Source of the DNA: a virus
Virus record (IMG/VR): IMGVR_UViG_3300006155_000004
Reading direction: 5' to 3' (one strand)
Length of the DNA stretch: 64,000 bases
Shown here: positions 8,466 through 18,214 of the stretch, in pieces
How the letters are laid out: every line of letters starts with the position of its first letter
Position numbering within the stretch: position 1 is the first letter of the stretch
Notes under the pieces: generated by a model
The model's input: only the letters and a program-made list of their open reading frames with translations
Database searches by the model: none
What the model was told of the DNA's origin: nothing
Position numbers and translations under genes: made by a program

Positions 8466-9123
8466 AGCAGAAAAAAGACAATTTCATGGAATGTCAAAAT
8501 CGAGAATTAACAGAATATATAGGTGCATGAAATCAAGGTGTTATAACAAAAACAATTATTCCTATGAATATTACGGTGGCAGAGGAATTACGGTTTGTGA
8601 TGAATGGCTAGGTGAAAATGGATTTATCAATTTCTACAACTGGTCTATGACGAACGGGTATGCAGATAACTTGACGATTGATCGTATTGATACAAATGGT
8701 AATTATGAGCCTAATAATTGCCGTTGGGTGACCATGTTGCAGCAATCAAATAACACGAGGGCAAATAGAAATTTTGAATATAACGGAGAAGTGCATACCC
8801 TAAAAGAATGGGCGAATTTGCTTAAGATAAATTACAATACTCTATTTTCTAGGATTGATGTATTGGGATGGGATTTTAAAAAAGCTATTTCAGAACCAGT
8901 TCAAGAACAAAAGAAAACAAGAAGCGCAGGAAGAAAAGGGAGATATATCGAATACAACGGTGAAATTCACAACATTGCGGAATGGTCAAATGTAACTGGT
9001 ATAGGCAAAAAGACAATCTCTTACAGAATTAAGAACGGATATCCTTTGGATAAAGTATTTGGAAAAAATGATTTGAGAAGTGCGGGTTGTGAAATATGTG
9101 TTAAAGAATATAAAAAAATATAG
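8362..9123 (+). CDS. HNH_3/AP2-like DNA-binding protein lacking the catalytic His, with repeated C-terminal HTH-like modules (start uncertain)
   Basis: RCYNKNNYSYEYYGGRGITVCDEW and TIDRIDTNGNYEPNNCRW; repeats YNGEVHTLKEW / YNGEIHNIAEW; paralogs at 42779 and 48640. Confidence 0.65.
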   Translation: MNLCATTKTARATDYQQLMMIAVRTDLRRQRKINKAEKRQFHGMSKSRINRIYRCMKSRCYNKNNYSYEYYGGRGITVCDEWLGENGFINFYNWSMTNGYADNLTIDRIDTNGNYEPNNCRWVTMLQQSNNTRANRNFEYNGEVHTLKEWANLLKINYNTLFSRIDVLGWDFKKAISEPVQEQKKTRSAGRKGRYIEYNGEIHNIAEWSNVTGIGKKTISYRIKNGYPLDKVFGKNDLRSAGCEICVKEYKKI

Positions 9124-9133
9124 GAGGTCAACA

Positions 9134-11074
9134 ATGCAAGCAAGAATTAAATCTCTCCATTTGGAGAATTTCAAAGGCGTTAAATTCGCTACATATCAGT
9201 TTGACGGAAAGAATGTGTCTGCCATCGGTCAAAACGGAGCAGGAAAAACAACAATTTTCACAGCCTATATGTGGCTTATGGCAGATAAGGACAGCGACTT
9301 AAAGAGCAATCCGAACATAAGACCGCTTGACACAGAAGAATGTACACCGAGGGTTGAGGTTGTGTTTGACATTGACAGAAAGGAAGTGACCACCGCCAAA
9401 ATCCAGAAATGCACCGTTAAGAAAGGAAAGAACGTCGGTGCAGATACCGTATCGCTGTCAAACAGCTATGAAGTCAACAGCGTGGAATATGGCGAGCGTG
9501 ATTTCAAAAAGAAAATGACAGAGTACGGATTTGACTTTGATTTATTCCTGCCGCTATCTCACCCAGACATGTTCACAAGCCAAAAGTCAGCAGATATGCG
9601 AAAGGTTCTGTTTGGCATGGCAAGCGAACAGTCCGACTTTGATATTGCTTTACAGGCAGATGATTGCATAGAGGCTACCAATCTTCTAAAAATGTACACA
9701 TTTGATGAAGTCAAATCCATGCAGAATGCCACGCTCCGAAAAATCAGAGAGGAATACGGAAAGGACGGGGAAATCCTTAGAGCGAAAATTGAGGGCATGG
9801 AGCAGTCAAAAACAGATATTGACGTTGCCGAACTGGAGTTACAGAAAAAAGCCCTGAATGAGCAGATTGCGGACAACAAGGCAAAGCAGGAGGATATTTC
9901 AAAGGAATTTGAGGAACAACAAAAGGCAAGCGACGGCGTAATTGAACTGAAATTTGAGTTGAACGACTTGCAGAGAAAGGCGAATGAGAAATTAGAGAAG
10001 AAACGCAGAGAAATAAGGGAAGAAATTAATTCTGTTGATTGGCAGTTAAAAGAGATAAGGCACCAAATCCGGCTGAATAAGCAGGATATTGAAGCGGCAC
10101 AGAAATCCATAGACACAAATACAGTCCTTATCAATGCAACAAGGGAGAACTGGAAAGCGGCTAATGAGCGTGTATTTGACGAAAACAGCCTTATTTGTTC
10201 CTGTTGCGGACAAGAATACCCAGAAGAAAGAAAGGGAAAAATTAAAGCTGATTTTGGAAAGAACAGAGAGGAAGAATTAGCCTTTTTAACCAAAAGAGGG
10301 AATGAATTAAAGGCGGCTATCGACAAGGATAAGGCAGAAATTGAACAGTTAAAAGCCACATTAAAAGAGAATGAAGATGAAGAAATCAACCTTGCGGAAT
10401 CAATTAAAGGATTAGAGAAATGCCTTGAAGAAGTTCCACAGTCCGTTGACATTTCCGACCGCCCCGAAGTGCAGGAAATCCAAAGGCAGATTGCTGAAAA
10501 AGAAGCTGCCATGAGCAAGGGCAACAGTGCGGAGGAAATAAGACAGCAGTTGAAAGCCGGGGGAGAGGATTTACAGTCACGATTAACCGAGGTTGAGAAA
10601 CAGCTTGCCCTTGCACAGAAGAATGTTGAGATTGACGAGCAGATAGCAGCACTCCGAAAGAAACAGGGCGAATTTGAGCAGAACAAGGCAAATGCAGAGA
10701 AGATTTTGTATCAGCTTGAGCTTGTGAGCAAGCGGAAGAATGAGTTACTGACTGACCAAGTAAATTCCCATTTCAAACTGGTTAAATTCCGCCTGTTTGA
10801 CTATCTGAAAAATGGGAGTGTGGTGGATGATTGCGAGCCGACGATTGACAGGAAATCCTTAAAAGACCATTCAAACGGTGCGTTGCGCGTGCTTGCGAAG
10901 TTGGATATTGTGGATGGATTGCAAAGGTTTTACGGACAGCATTACCCGGTGTTTACAGATGATTTTTCCCTTGTCACAGAAAATACCGAGCGCAGAATTG
11001 ACACGGACTTCCAGTTGATTAAGCTGGTTGCGGAAAAGGGTGTTAAGGAATTGAAGATTGAAACGGAGGGATAA
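9134..11074 (+). CDS. Rad50/SbcC-like SMC-type ATPase with a central CxxC hook
   Basis: N-terminal IGQNGAGKTT Walker A, long coiled coil, CSCC at 10196-10207 at its midpoint, C-terminal PVFTDD Walker B-like motif. Confidence 0.8.
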   Translation: MQARIKSLHLENFKGVKFATYQFDGKNVSAIGQNGAGKTTIFTAYMWLMADKDSDLKSNPNIRPLDTEECTPRVEVVFDIDRKEVTTAKIQKCTVKKGKNVGADTVSLSNSYEVNSVEYGERDFKKKMTEYGFDFDLFLPLSHPDMFTSQKSADMRKVLFGMASEQSDFDIALQADDCIEATNLLKMYTFDEVKSMQNATLRKIREEYGKDGEILRAKIEGMEQSKTDIDVAELELQKKALNEQIADNKAKQEDISKEFEEQQKASDGVIELKFELNDLQRKANEKLEKKRREIREEINSVDWQLKEIRHQIRLNKQDIEAAQKSIDTNTVLINATRENWKAANERVFDENSLICSCCGQEYPEERKGKIKADFGKNREEELAFLTKRGNELKAAIDKDKAEIEQLKATLKENEDEEINLAESIKGLEKCLEEVPQSVDISDRPEVQEIQRQIAEKEAAMSKGNSAEEIRQQLKAGGEDLQSRLTEVEKQLALAQKNVEIDEQIAALRKKQGEFEQNKANAEKILYQLELVSKRKNELLTDQVNSHFKLVKFRLFDYLKNGSVVDDCEPTIDRKSLKDHSNGALRVLAKLDIVDGLQRFYGQHYPVFTDDFSLVTENTERRIDTDFQLIKLVAEKGVKELKIETEG

Positions 11075-11076
11075 AA

Positions 11077-11298
11077 ATGCCAACAGAGGATTGCAAAACG
11101 AAACAGTTAGAAGCAGAGAATGAAAAGCTCAAAAAGGAATTGTCTGAAATAAAGGAGAAAGAGTACAAAAAATCAGTTGAAAACAACAGATTGGAGTGTA
11201 AGATTTCCAGCTTGGAAAGAGAAAAGGATAGGTTATTAGAGATAATCGAAAATCTTTCCAAAGGATTTGCAAATATGGAGAGTGTAACAAAAAAGTAA
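11077..11298 (+). CDS. coiled-coil protein
   Basis: Heptad-rich KQLEAENEKLKKELSEIKEKE. Confidence 0.55.
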   Translation: MPTEDCKTKQLEAENEKLKKELSEIKEKEYKKSVENNRLECKISSLEREKDRLLEIIENLSKGFANMESVTKK

Positions 11299-11312
11299 AC
11301 GGAGGTTCAACC

Positions 11313-11612
11313 ATGAAGAAACAAATTTTAATCGTGGCGTTGGCGGTTGTGATGGTGGTTTGCTTAGTGGGGTGCGGCACTACATATCAAGAGGCGACAG
11401 GGCAGACAGAAAGCAATGAGAGCGGCGATTTTGGAAATGGATATTTTACTGCCATTTCCGAATGGAGTAGCACAACCAATAAGTACAAAATAGTCTATGC
11501 GAACGACACGAAGGTTAAATATTTTGTCTTCAATACTGGTTATAAATTTGGTATTACCCCACTCTACAACGCAGACGGAACATTGCAGATTTATGAAGAA
11601 AGCAAGGATTGA
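11313..11612 (+). CDS. predicted lipoprotein
   Basis: Signal peptide with lipobox MKKQILIVALAVVMVVCLVGC-G. Confidence 0.7.
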   Translation: MKKQILIVALAVVMVVCLVGCGTTYQEATGQTESNESGDFGNGYFTAISEWSSTTNKYKIVYANDTKVKYFVFNTGYKFGITPLYNADGTLQIYEESKD

Positions 11613-11693
11613 GGAACGAAGAAATACAACACGAATTTTATCAAAAGTTACATTGAGGAACATAAGACGGAAATTGAAACGGCAACTTGCGGT

Positions 11694-11957
11694 ATGCGAG
11701 AGGATTGGAGTTGGACTGCCGGGAAAGTTTTTGAAAATGGGGAGTTTTCCGCCAATTATGATTGGAATAAAGAGCATATTTCTGTTGCAGGAATTAGTGG
11801 CTCAACTTGGGCGACACCTGTTATGGAAGTTGAATTTAAGGACGGAAGAACAGAAGTTGTTAATTGCTATGAAGATGATGGAGAAAGAGCAAGCCGACGT
11901 CAGATTTCACAGCAGAAAGCATTTGCAAGGGCAACGGGCGGCATGGACTACATATAA
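11694..11957 (+). CDS. hypothetical protein; same frame as the lipoprotein gene and open right back to its TGA
   Basis: ORF track; 27 in-frame coding-like codons lie between TGA 11610-11612 and ATG 11694. Confidence 0.5.
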   Translation: MREDWSWTAGKVFENGEFSANYDWNKEHISVAGISGSTWATPVMEVEFKDGRTEVVNCYEDDGERASRRQISQQKAFARATGGMDYI

Positions 11958-12018
11958 GCGAAGATTAACCTCTCATACACCTTATGGCATGGGTTGAGGA
12001 CGAAAGGAGAATGAGGAT

Positions 12019-12246
12019 ATGAAAGTTGATGATTTAAAAAGAGGAAACGAAATCGAAAAAAGAATTTACGAGCTGGAGAAAATGCAGAAATGGCTTGAAG
12101 ATGTGAAAGGGAGAAGTGTTTCTGTTATCGCAAGTGGCTGTACGGTAAATGACACCGTTTTGCTTTCTGATGATATGCGAACCGCAATGCTTGGGATGTG
12201 TATTGGAGAAAGAGCAATATTAATCAAAGAGTTTGAAGAATTATAA
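12019..12246 (+). CDS. hypothetical protein
   Basis: ORF track with an RBS. Confidence 0.55.
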   Translation: MKVDDLKRGNEIEKRIYELEKMQKWLEDVKGRSVSVIASGCTVNDTVLLSDDMRTAMLGMCIGERAILIKEFEEL

Positions 12247-12272
12247 AAATAAAAGAAAGCGAGGAATAAACC

Positions 12273-12509
12273 ATGTCAGTAAAAACAAAGAATGAACTGC
12301 TTGAAGAAATCGAGCAGAAGAACGAGGAAATCGAGGTACTCAAAGCGGACATTGAGAAACTTGAAAAGTACAGAAAGTATGATGAAATGGCAGACGAGGC
12401 TAAGGCTATCAATGACAGTTTTGTCCGCAGCGGTTTTACAGAACAACAGGCGTTCGAACTTACAAGAGGCGCAGTAACAGCGGCGGTAGGCAGACCAACA
12501 TTATTTTAA
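12273..12509 (+). CDS. hypothetical coiled-coil protein
   Basis: ORF track. Confidence 0.55.
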   Translation: MSVKTKNELLEEIEQKNEEIEVLKADIEKLEKYRKYDEMADEAKAINDSFVRSGFTEQQAFELTRGAVTAAVGRPTLF

Positions 12510-12529
12510 TTTTAAGGAGGATATGAATT

Positions 12530-13345
12530 ATGGCAACAAAGAATGAGGTAGCAACACAGAACAATCAGTTGGCAATCGAAAAGGAATTTGGTCTTGTGGA
12601 GTATGAGTCGAACGGCGAAATGATTAAATTGTCGTTCCCTACGGTAAGAAGATACCTTGTCAGCGGCGGCGGAAACGTCACAGACCAAGAGGTAATGATG
12701 TTTTTGACATTGTGCAGATATCAGCACCTTAACCCGTTTTTGAGAGAGGCATATCTGATTAAGTACGGAAGTAACGACCCAGCAACGATTGTAACTGGAA
12801 AAGACGTGTTTACAAAGCGAGCGAACGCCGCGCCGGATTATGCCGGAAAGCAGGCGGGAGTTGTTGTTCTTACAGAAAGCGGAGAGATTATTGAACGCGA
12901 GGGTTCGATGGTTTTGCCAAAAGAAACGCTTGTAGGCGGTTGGGCGAAAGTGTTCATAAAAGGGCATGAAACGCCAGAGTATATCAGCGTTGGGCTTGAT
13001 GAATACATCGGCAGAAAGAAAGATGGAACTGTAAACAGCCAGTGGAGCAAAAAGCCAGGGACTATGATACGGAAAGTTGCAGTAGTGCAAGCGTTAAGAG
13101 AGGCTTTCCCAGACAGATTTCAGGGAATGTATGCGCAAGAAGAAATGCAAGAGGTTTCGGACATTCAGCTTGATACGCAAGAAGTTGTAGCGAGGGAGAT
13201 AGAACAAAACGCCAATTCCGTGCCATTCGAGGCAATCGAAGAAAAGCCAGAACCGCCGACCGTGCCAAAGGCGCAGACGAAAGAGAAAGAGCCTGTCAAA
13301 GTTGAGGGTGAACAGGAGTTGCCGGATTTTATGAAAGCGGATTAG
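12530..13345 (+). CDS. recT: RecT-family single-strand annealing recombinase
   Basis: FLTLCRYQHLNPFLREAYLIKYG, WSKKPGTMIRKVAVVQALREAFP. Confidence 0.9.
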   Translation: MATKNEVATQNNQLAIEKEFGLVEYESNGEMIKLSFPTVRRYLVSGGGNVTDQEVMMFLTLCRYQHLNPFLREAYLIKYGSNDPATIVTGKDVFTKRANAAPDYAGKQAGVVVLTESGEIIEREGSMVLPKETLVGGWAKVFIKGHETPEYISVGLDEYIGRKKDGTVNSQWSKKPGTMIRKVAVVQALREAFPDRFQGMYAQEEMQEVSDIQLDTQEVVAREIEQNANSVPFEAIEEKPEPPTVPKAQTKEKEPVKVEGEQELPDFMKAD

Positions 13346-13355
13346 GAGGGGCGTT

Positions 13356-13577
13356 ATGTGCAAACTATGTAGTGATGAAAATGTAGGAAACCTAACGCCG
13401 CTAAGTTCTGAAAATATTCCATTCGGAGAAAGCTACTTGGAACTGGAAATATTTTTTGGGAGAAACGATGACGGAAAAGCAAGAGTAAGAGCGGGCTTGT
13501 TTGACGGTTGCGAAACAATAAAGGAAGTCACATGGGAAACCCGATACTGTCCTGCATGCGGGAGAAAACTTGAATAA
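13356..13577 (+). CDS. small zinc-ribbon protein
   Basis: CKLC ... CPAC pairs. Confidence 0.55.
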   Translation: MCKLCSDENVGNLTPLSSENIPFGESYLELEIFFGRNDDGKARVRAGLFDGCETIKEVTWETRYCPACGRKLE

Positions 13578-13630
13578 TCAGAATTTTCGAAAGCGCAATA
13601 TACATTTTATTCTTTAAGCAGGAGGAAAGC

Positions 13631-13798
13631 ATGGAAAGACCAGAAAAAATAGAAACATTTATGTATGCGTTAATTAAAAACGCAAGCATGATTAGCCGAG
13701 TTGAATTTTTTGAAGATTGGGGCATTTCGAAAGAAGAAATGAACGAATGCATAAAATACGTCAAGGAAAAATTGGAAGTAAATAATATTTATGCGTAG
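13631..13798 (+). CDS. hypothetical small protein (55 aa)
   Basis: AGGAGGA RBS; followed by hairpin 13806-13832. Confidence 0.4.
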   Translation: MERPEKIETFMYALIKNASMISRVEFFEDWGISKEEMNECIKYVKEKLEVNNIYA

Positions 13799-13840
13799 CC
13801 ACACGGCGGACTTTCTTTCGTGGGAAGTCCGCAAATAATA

Positions 13841-15738
13841 GAGCACTCTCGGAAACTCAATAGAGAATAAGCAGGAAAAGGTTGATTTTCAGAAATGAGA
13901 GGGATAAGGGATGGATGATTATGGGGCTTGAGCAGTCCAGAGAGCATAAAGAATAAAAATGTGCATGACTTTAAAACCTGTCGAAAAACAGGCCTGAAAG
14001 AATCCAGAAGCAGGAAACTTGGTTTATGCCACTGCCTGCACCTGCTGTTTATAGCGGGCATCCAGATGGATGCAGATTCCAATCATGGTTGTCATGAAAG
14101 AATAATGCTCCTTTGTGTGTATGAACATACGGTGCAGTCCGTAATCATTGAGGATGCGGTTGTTGATACGTTCCGTGGCGGTGCGTTGATTATAAATCTT
14201 CTTATAAGCATCTGTGCCGCGGGGGACGTCGGTGTAAAGCCGGATATCCCATTCGGGCCGGGTCTTGACGACTCTCCCATATTTGGAATCGGTGCAGGAG
14301 TTTTTACATTTGGAACAGTGATCTTTCCCATAGGGGCAGCGCCACATGAGGTAACCGCTGGATCTGTCATAACCGTTAGGCTTCATGCGCAGTTTTTCCT
14401 GACATAAGGGTGTTCCATCTTTGTCAATGGTGATGGTATCAGGAATTGTTTTTGGCCGGCCGCATTTGTCGTTCAGGTCGATGAAGGCCCGTATTCCCCT
14501 GTTTTTAAGGATCCGGTAGGTGGGGTAATTGTCCATTGCAGAATCCAGGCACATATTCGAAGTGGAAACAGCCGGCATATGTTTTTCCAGTTCATGGAAA
14601 GCGACAAGGAAATTGACCGAATCATGACGCTTTGCACTGGTAAAACGCAGAAGCAGGGGGAGATCTGTCCTGAGTTCACTGTTATAGCAGGATAATTGGA
14701 ACAAAGTGTAGCCGAAGTAATATTTTTCCAGGTCGCTGTCCCAGCCCCAGGAAGCATCGGGGTCGGGGAAATGCCGCAGGTTTTCCGGTGCGCCAACCCT
14801 GTGGTGCCCGCGTGGGCAGGCATGGGTATGCACGGCGGTGCCGTCTCCGGAAACCGTAAGGTGTTCCCTTGGTATGAGGCCGGATTCCATGGAAGGCAGG
14901 ACAGCCACGTGATAGAAGAAGCGCTGCAGCCGCCCTTCAAAGTTAAAAGGGATATCCTTCCCGCTCATGAGCCGTTTTTCGATAGATTCTGTGATTTTGG
15001 GCTTTGCCTCCTGTGCTTTCTGTTTTTTGCCTTTGGGCTTATCCGGCTTTTTGGTGTTCCAGGAAGCCGGAAGCAGTTTGTCCCGCGCATATAAGTCCGT
15101 TGGCGGTGCAGCCCAGAGCCTGTCCATGAAGTCAAAATAAGAACCGAGGGGCGGCAGGGAATCCGAAGTGCAGCCGATGAGAGCGGCAAGGAGGCGGTCA
15201 TGTTTGAGCCTGTCGACCCAAAGGGTAAGGGATAGCTTGGCCAAACCTTCTGAAAATAGAAGAAAGAAAAGGATAAAAGACCTTAAGATTTGTGGCTGGT
15301 TCTTAGCGGGCCTGCCAGTGTTGGAGTAAAAGGGCAGAAGGAACTCCATGGCCTTATCGGTATCGAAAAGGCGGAGTTTCTGCCATGGTTTCCAAAGCTC
15401 CGTATGGAGCCGGACTCTTTCAGAGGAATCGAAATGGACTTTGGATTCGTTGAGAAAGTACTTGTAATCTTGCATGGACTGCCAGTACTTGATCATAAAG
15501 TGCACCTCCTAGTAGTTTAGTTTAATGCTGTGCGTGTGGCACAGACGCTTCTTAACTACAAGGGGCGCGTTTGGCGATTGGCGTATATGGTCACCAAACG
15601 CGCCGCACATTTTGACTTATATGTCAATACTTTTTTGAAAATTTAACAAAAATGTTTTCCGGGATATGGAGGAAAGCAAAAAAGAAGAACATGAAAAAAG
15701 AGCGGAAATTCGGGCTTAAAGAGTTTCCGAGACCGCTC
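13841..15738 (-). mobile_element. insertion sequence (DDE, IS4/IS5/IS1182-like superfamily; family unresolved)
   Basis: Terminal IRs GAGCACTCTCGGAAACTC (13841-13858) and the reverse complement of 15721-15738 match 16/18; direct repeat ATAATA at 13835-13840 and 15739-15744; visibly higher GC than the flanks. Confidence 0.8.
14024..15505 (-). CDS. IS transposase (DDE type)
   Basis: 493 aa; N-terminal NTGRPAKNQPQILRSF (InsH-N-like); C-terminal YNQRTATERINNRILNDYGL motif. Confidence 0.8.
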   Translation of the reverse strand: MHFMIKYWQSMQDYKYFLNESKVHFDSSERVRLHTELWKPWQKLRLFDTDKAMEFLLPFYSNTGRPAKNQPQILRSFILFFLLFSEGLAKLSLTLWVDRLKHDRLLAALIGCTSDSLPPLGSYFDFMDRLWAAPPTDLYARDKLLPASWNTKKPDKPKGKKQKAQEAKPKITESIEKRLMSGKDIPFNFEGRLQRFFYHVAVLPSMESGLIPREHLTVSGDGTAVHTHACPRGHHRVGAPENLRHFPDPDASWGWDSDLEKYYFGYTLFQLSCYNSELRTDLPLLLRFTSAKRHDSVNFLVAFHELEKHMPAVSTSNMCLDSAMDNYPTYRILKNRGIRAFIDLNDKCGRPKTIPDTITIDKDGTPLCQEKLRMKPNGYDRSSGYLMWRCPYGKDHCSKCKNSCTDSKYGRVVKTRPEWDIRLYTDVPRGTDAYKKIYNQRTATERINNRILNDYGLHRMFIHTKEHYSFMTTMIGICIHLDARYKQQVQAVA

Positions 15739-15763
15739 ATAATATGAGATTGGAGGGATTTCA

Positions 15764-15934
15764 ATGAAAACAAAAATTGAATTAGATAAAGAAGATATAA
15801 GAAGAATTATCGCAGAACATTTTTCTGTGAATGAAGATAGAGTGACAGTCGGTGCAAAAGAAATGTGCGTTGGATGTGGAATGATGGAGCATAATGAAAG
15901 CGTACCGTATTGCATTGTTGAAAAGACGGATTAA
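15764..15934 (+). CDS. hypothetical small protein (56 aa)
   Basis: GGAGGGA RBS; starts 20 nt beyond the IS target duplication. Confidence 0.4.
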   Translation: MKTKIELDKEDIRRIIAEHFSVNEDRVTVGAKEMCVGCGMMEHNESVPYCIVEKTD

Positions 15935-16004
15935 ATAGAAAAACCGTTTTGTAATTGTGAATTTGGAGAATGTTTATTATTTGGAGAGTTAAGGAGGGCG
16001 AGGA

Positions 16005-16217
16005 ATGGGTATTTTTATTGATATTTGCGTGTTTGTAGTTCTGTCCGTTTTACCGTATGCAATATTGATTCTTCTTTGTAAATATGGAACAAAAGGGCAA
16101 CATATAAGAGTTACGCTTGGTGCTTTAATGGTTTGTTTGGCGGCGAGTTGTTTGATAAACGGATTTCTTGGCTGCTGGATTTTAATAAATTATGGCTTGT
16201 TGCCAAAATTATTTTGA
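16005..16217 (+). CDS. small membrane protein
   Basis: Three hydrophobic segments. Confidence 0.5.
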   Translation: MGIFIDICVFVVLSVLPYAILILLCKYGTKGQHIRVTLGALMVCLAASCLINGFLGCWILINYGLLPKLF

Positions 16218-16237
16218 AGATTAAGGAGGCTTAACAC

Positions 16238-16645
16238 ATGGACATAAAAGAATTTGCAAAGTCAATAAGCGGAAAAGAATATGGTTATCCGCAGTTCACC
16301 AAAGAGGAAATCGAAACAGCGAAAGAAAGCGGATTTGTCATTGTCTACGGTTGTTCTGATGACCTTATGGAGTTTGATGGCGCAATTCAGGACAAGGGCG
16401 GCTGTTTTGGCGGTGGCGAGGTTTATTTCAACAAGAAAGAGGTATGCCAGGACGAAACAGACCATACCGCATTTGATAATTATAGCAACTGCATAAATGC
16501 GGTATGGTATATGGACGAAGACGAAAACGGAAATATGATTACATGGACTTACGAAACCGAGATGCCGCACGAAACCTTTATGATTTATGAGGGCGGAGAG
16601 TCTTATTGCAGAGGGATTGTGTTCAGCATTGATGATGTGAAATAG
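16238..16645 (+). CDS. hypothetical protein
   Basis: ORF track with an AAGGAGG RBS. Confidence 0.6.
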   Translation: MDIKEFAKSISGKEYGYPQFTKEEIETAKESGFVIVYGCSDDLMEFDGAIQDKGGCFGGGEVYFNKKEVCQDETDHTAFDNYSNCINAVWYMDEDENGNMITWTYETEMPHETFMIYEGGESYCRGIVFSIDDVK

Positions 16646-16658
16646 GAGGAAATGGGGA

Positions 16659-16838
16659 ATGAGCGAATTCGTAACTTGCAAAGGAAAAACGGTAGATGAC
16701 TGCCTTAAATGTGGATTGTATTATTCTTCACACAGCCCACATTATGACAAGGCTTATAAAAAAGAAGTTATAAGTATTACTTGTTTTTACGGACAAAGTG
16801 GAGAATATGACGCAGAAACAAGAAAAAGAGTTGATTAA
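16659..16838 (+). CDS. small Cys-containing protein (59 aa)
   Basis: AGGAGGA RBS 8 nt upstream. Confidence 0.4.
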   Translation: MSEFVTCKGKTVDDCLKCGLYYSSHSPHYDKAYKKEVISITCFYGQSGEYDAETRKRVD

Positions 16839-16853
16839 GGAGGCTTAACCGAT

Positions 16854-17210
16854 ATGAGGATTTTATCGCAAAACAATGGAAAGTACGATTTGCCGTATGA
16901 AAATATAGTTTTAGAGAAAATGATGGATTGCAACACGATTTATGCCTATACAGGCACAGGGCAGCCGTTTAAGATGGCGGTTTATTCTTCTGCCGAGAAA
17001 ATGGATAAGGCTATAGAGATGTTGCATGAGGTATACACAGGTATTCCACTTATTCTTCAAAATGTGGATATTTCAGAAGAAGCGGAGGAAATGTTTAAGA
17101 AATGGAAGAAACAAGGAATATTTGTTGTTTCTGAAAATCAACCGTCAAAAGTTGAATATGTGGGTAATATTTTGTTCCAATTTCCTGCTGATGATGAAGT
17201 GGGGGTATGA
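16854..17210 (+). CDS. hypothetical protein
   Basis: ORF track with an RBS. Confidence 0.6.
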   Translation: MRILSQNNGKYDLPYENIVLEKMMDCNTIYAYTGTGQPFKMAVYSSAEKMDKAIEMLHEVYTGIPLILQNVDISEEAEEMFKKWKKQGIFVVSENQPSKVEYVGNILFQFPADDEVGV

Positions 17211-17211
17211 A

Positions 17212-17607
17212 ATGAACATATCCACATTAGAACAAGTCCGAAAGGACATGGAGCATGGCGTTTACAACATGACAGAAAACGGGAAATGTACGGGTTGCGA
17301 CAACTGCTGTTCAAATATTCTGCCAATGACAGACAAGGAAATAGAGGCTATTAGACGGTACATAAAGAAACACTACATCAAAGAGTGCAAGCATACAATT
17401 CCACTTGCAAATCCAGTTCTTGACATGACTTGCCCGTTTCTCAATACAGATAAGAAAACGGATAAATGCACGATATACAGTGTCCGTCCTGCTATATGCA
17501 GATGCTTTATCTGTTCTGAACCGAACGGAGCGTTGAAACATAAGGAATTATGGCATGGAGTTAGATTGCCTGTGAATGTGAGGGAAACATTTTATGGAAA
17601 GGATTGA
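17212..17607 (+). CDS. YkgJ-family cysteine-cluster protein
   Basis: CTGCDNCC plus CPFL and CxIY..RPxICR motifs; the internal ATG is preferred over track start 17026. Confidence 0.7.
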   Translation: MNISTLEQVRKDMEHGVYNMTENGKCTGCDNCCSNILPMTDKEIEAIRRYIKKHYIKECKHTIPLANPVLDMTCPFLNTDKKTDKCTIYSVRPAICRCFICSEPNGALKHKELWHGVRLPVNVRETFYGKD

Positions 17608-17613
17608 AAAGGA

Positions 17614-18213
17614 ATGAACATAAAAGATTTCAAAGCCGGTCAGACGGTTTATGTTGAACTGACCGGGAACGCAAGCAGAGGAAAGACACCTGAACAATGT
17701 ATTGAGGAATGGGAGATTACTTCTGTTGGGAGGAAATACATAAAGGCAGCAAAGAAAGGATATGACAGGCTTTTTAGAGAAAACACTTTTGAATTTCAAG
17801 ATTACAATGAAAGATTTGTTGAGAAATCGGTTTACTGCGAAAAAAATTATGTTCTCTACACAACAAGGCAGGAGATTGAGGAAAAACAAGAGAAAAGCAG
17901 GCTGTTTCAGGAGATTGAGCAGCGGTTCAGATACGGTTCGCAAAGGGATATTTCCTTAGAGAAGTTGAGGGCAATACATGGGGTTTTGGATGAAAGCAGA
18001 ATGTCAGACATTGATTTCCTTAAAACGGTTCGTGAGATTTGCGAGAATAGATGTCATTCAGGCTTTGAAGATACAGAAGAAGAATATCCACATTGCCCGT
18101 TTCCGTGGAGGTTTTGCGATTTGGATAAGAATTTTTATGAAATGACAAATGATGAATTAGAGGAAATCTGTAAAACAGCAAGAGACTTTAAAGAGAATTT
18201 TCAAAGGAAGTGA
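17614..18213 (+). CDS. hypothetical protein
   Basis: ORF track; in frame with 17212..17607 and separated only by TGA plus 2 codons. Confidence 0.6.
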   Translation: MNIKDFKAGQTVYVELTGNASRGKTPEQCIEEWEITSVGRKYIKAAKKGYDRLFRENTFEFQDYNERFVEKSVYCEKNYVLYTTRQEIEEKQEKSRLFQEIEQRFRYGSQRDISLEKLRAIHGVLDESRMSDIDFLKTVREICENRCHSGFEDTEEEYPHCPFPWRFCDLDKNFYEMTNDELEEICKTARDFKENFQRK

Positions 18214-18214
18214 T

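Noticed and set aside
9559-10686. 375-aa minus-strand ORF (and 10404..10691) antisense to the Rad50-like ATPase
   Set aside because: Ser/Phe/Cys-rich low-complexity translation with no RBS context. This is the typical antisense shadow of a Lys/Glu-rich coiled-coil gene.
11497-11997. 166-aa plus-strand ORF overlapping the lipoprotein gene end and ORF 11694
   Set aside because: Arg-rich, implausible sequence in an alternative frame. The neighbouring frames have an RBS, a signal peptide and coding-like sequence.
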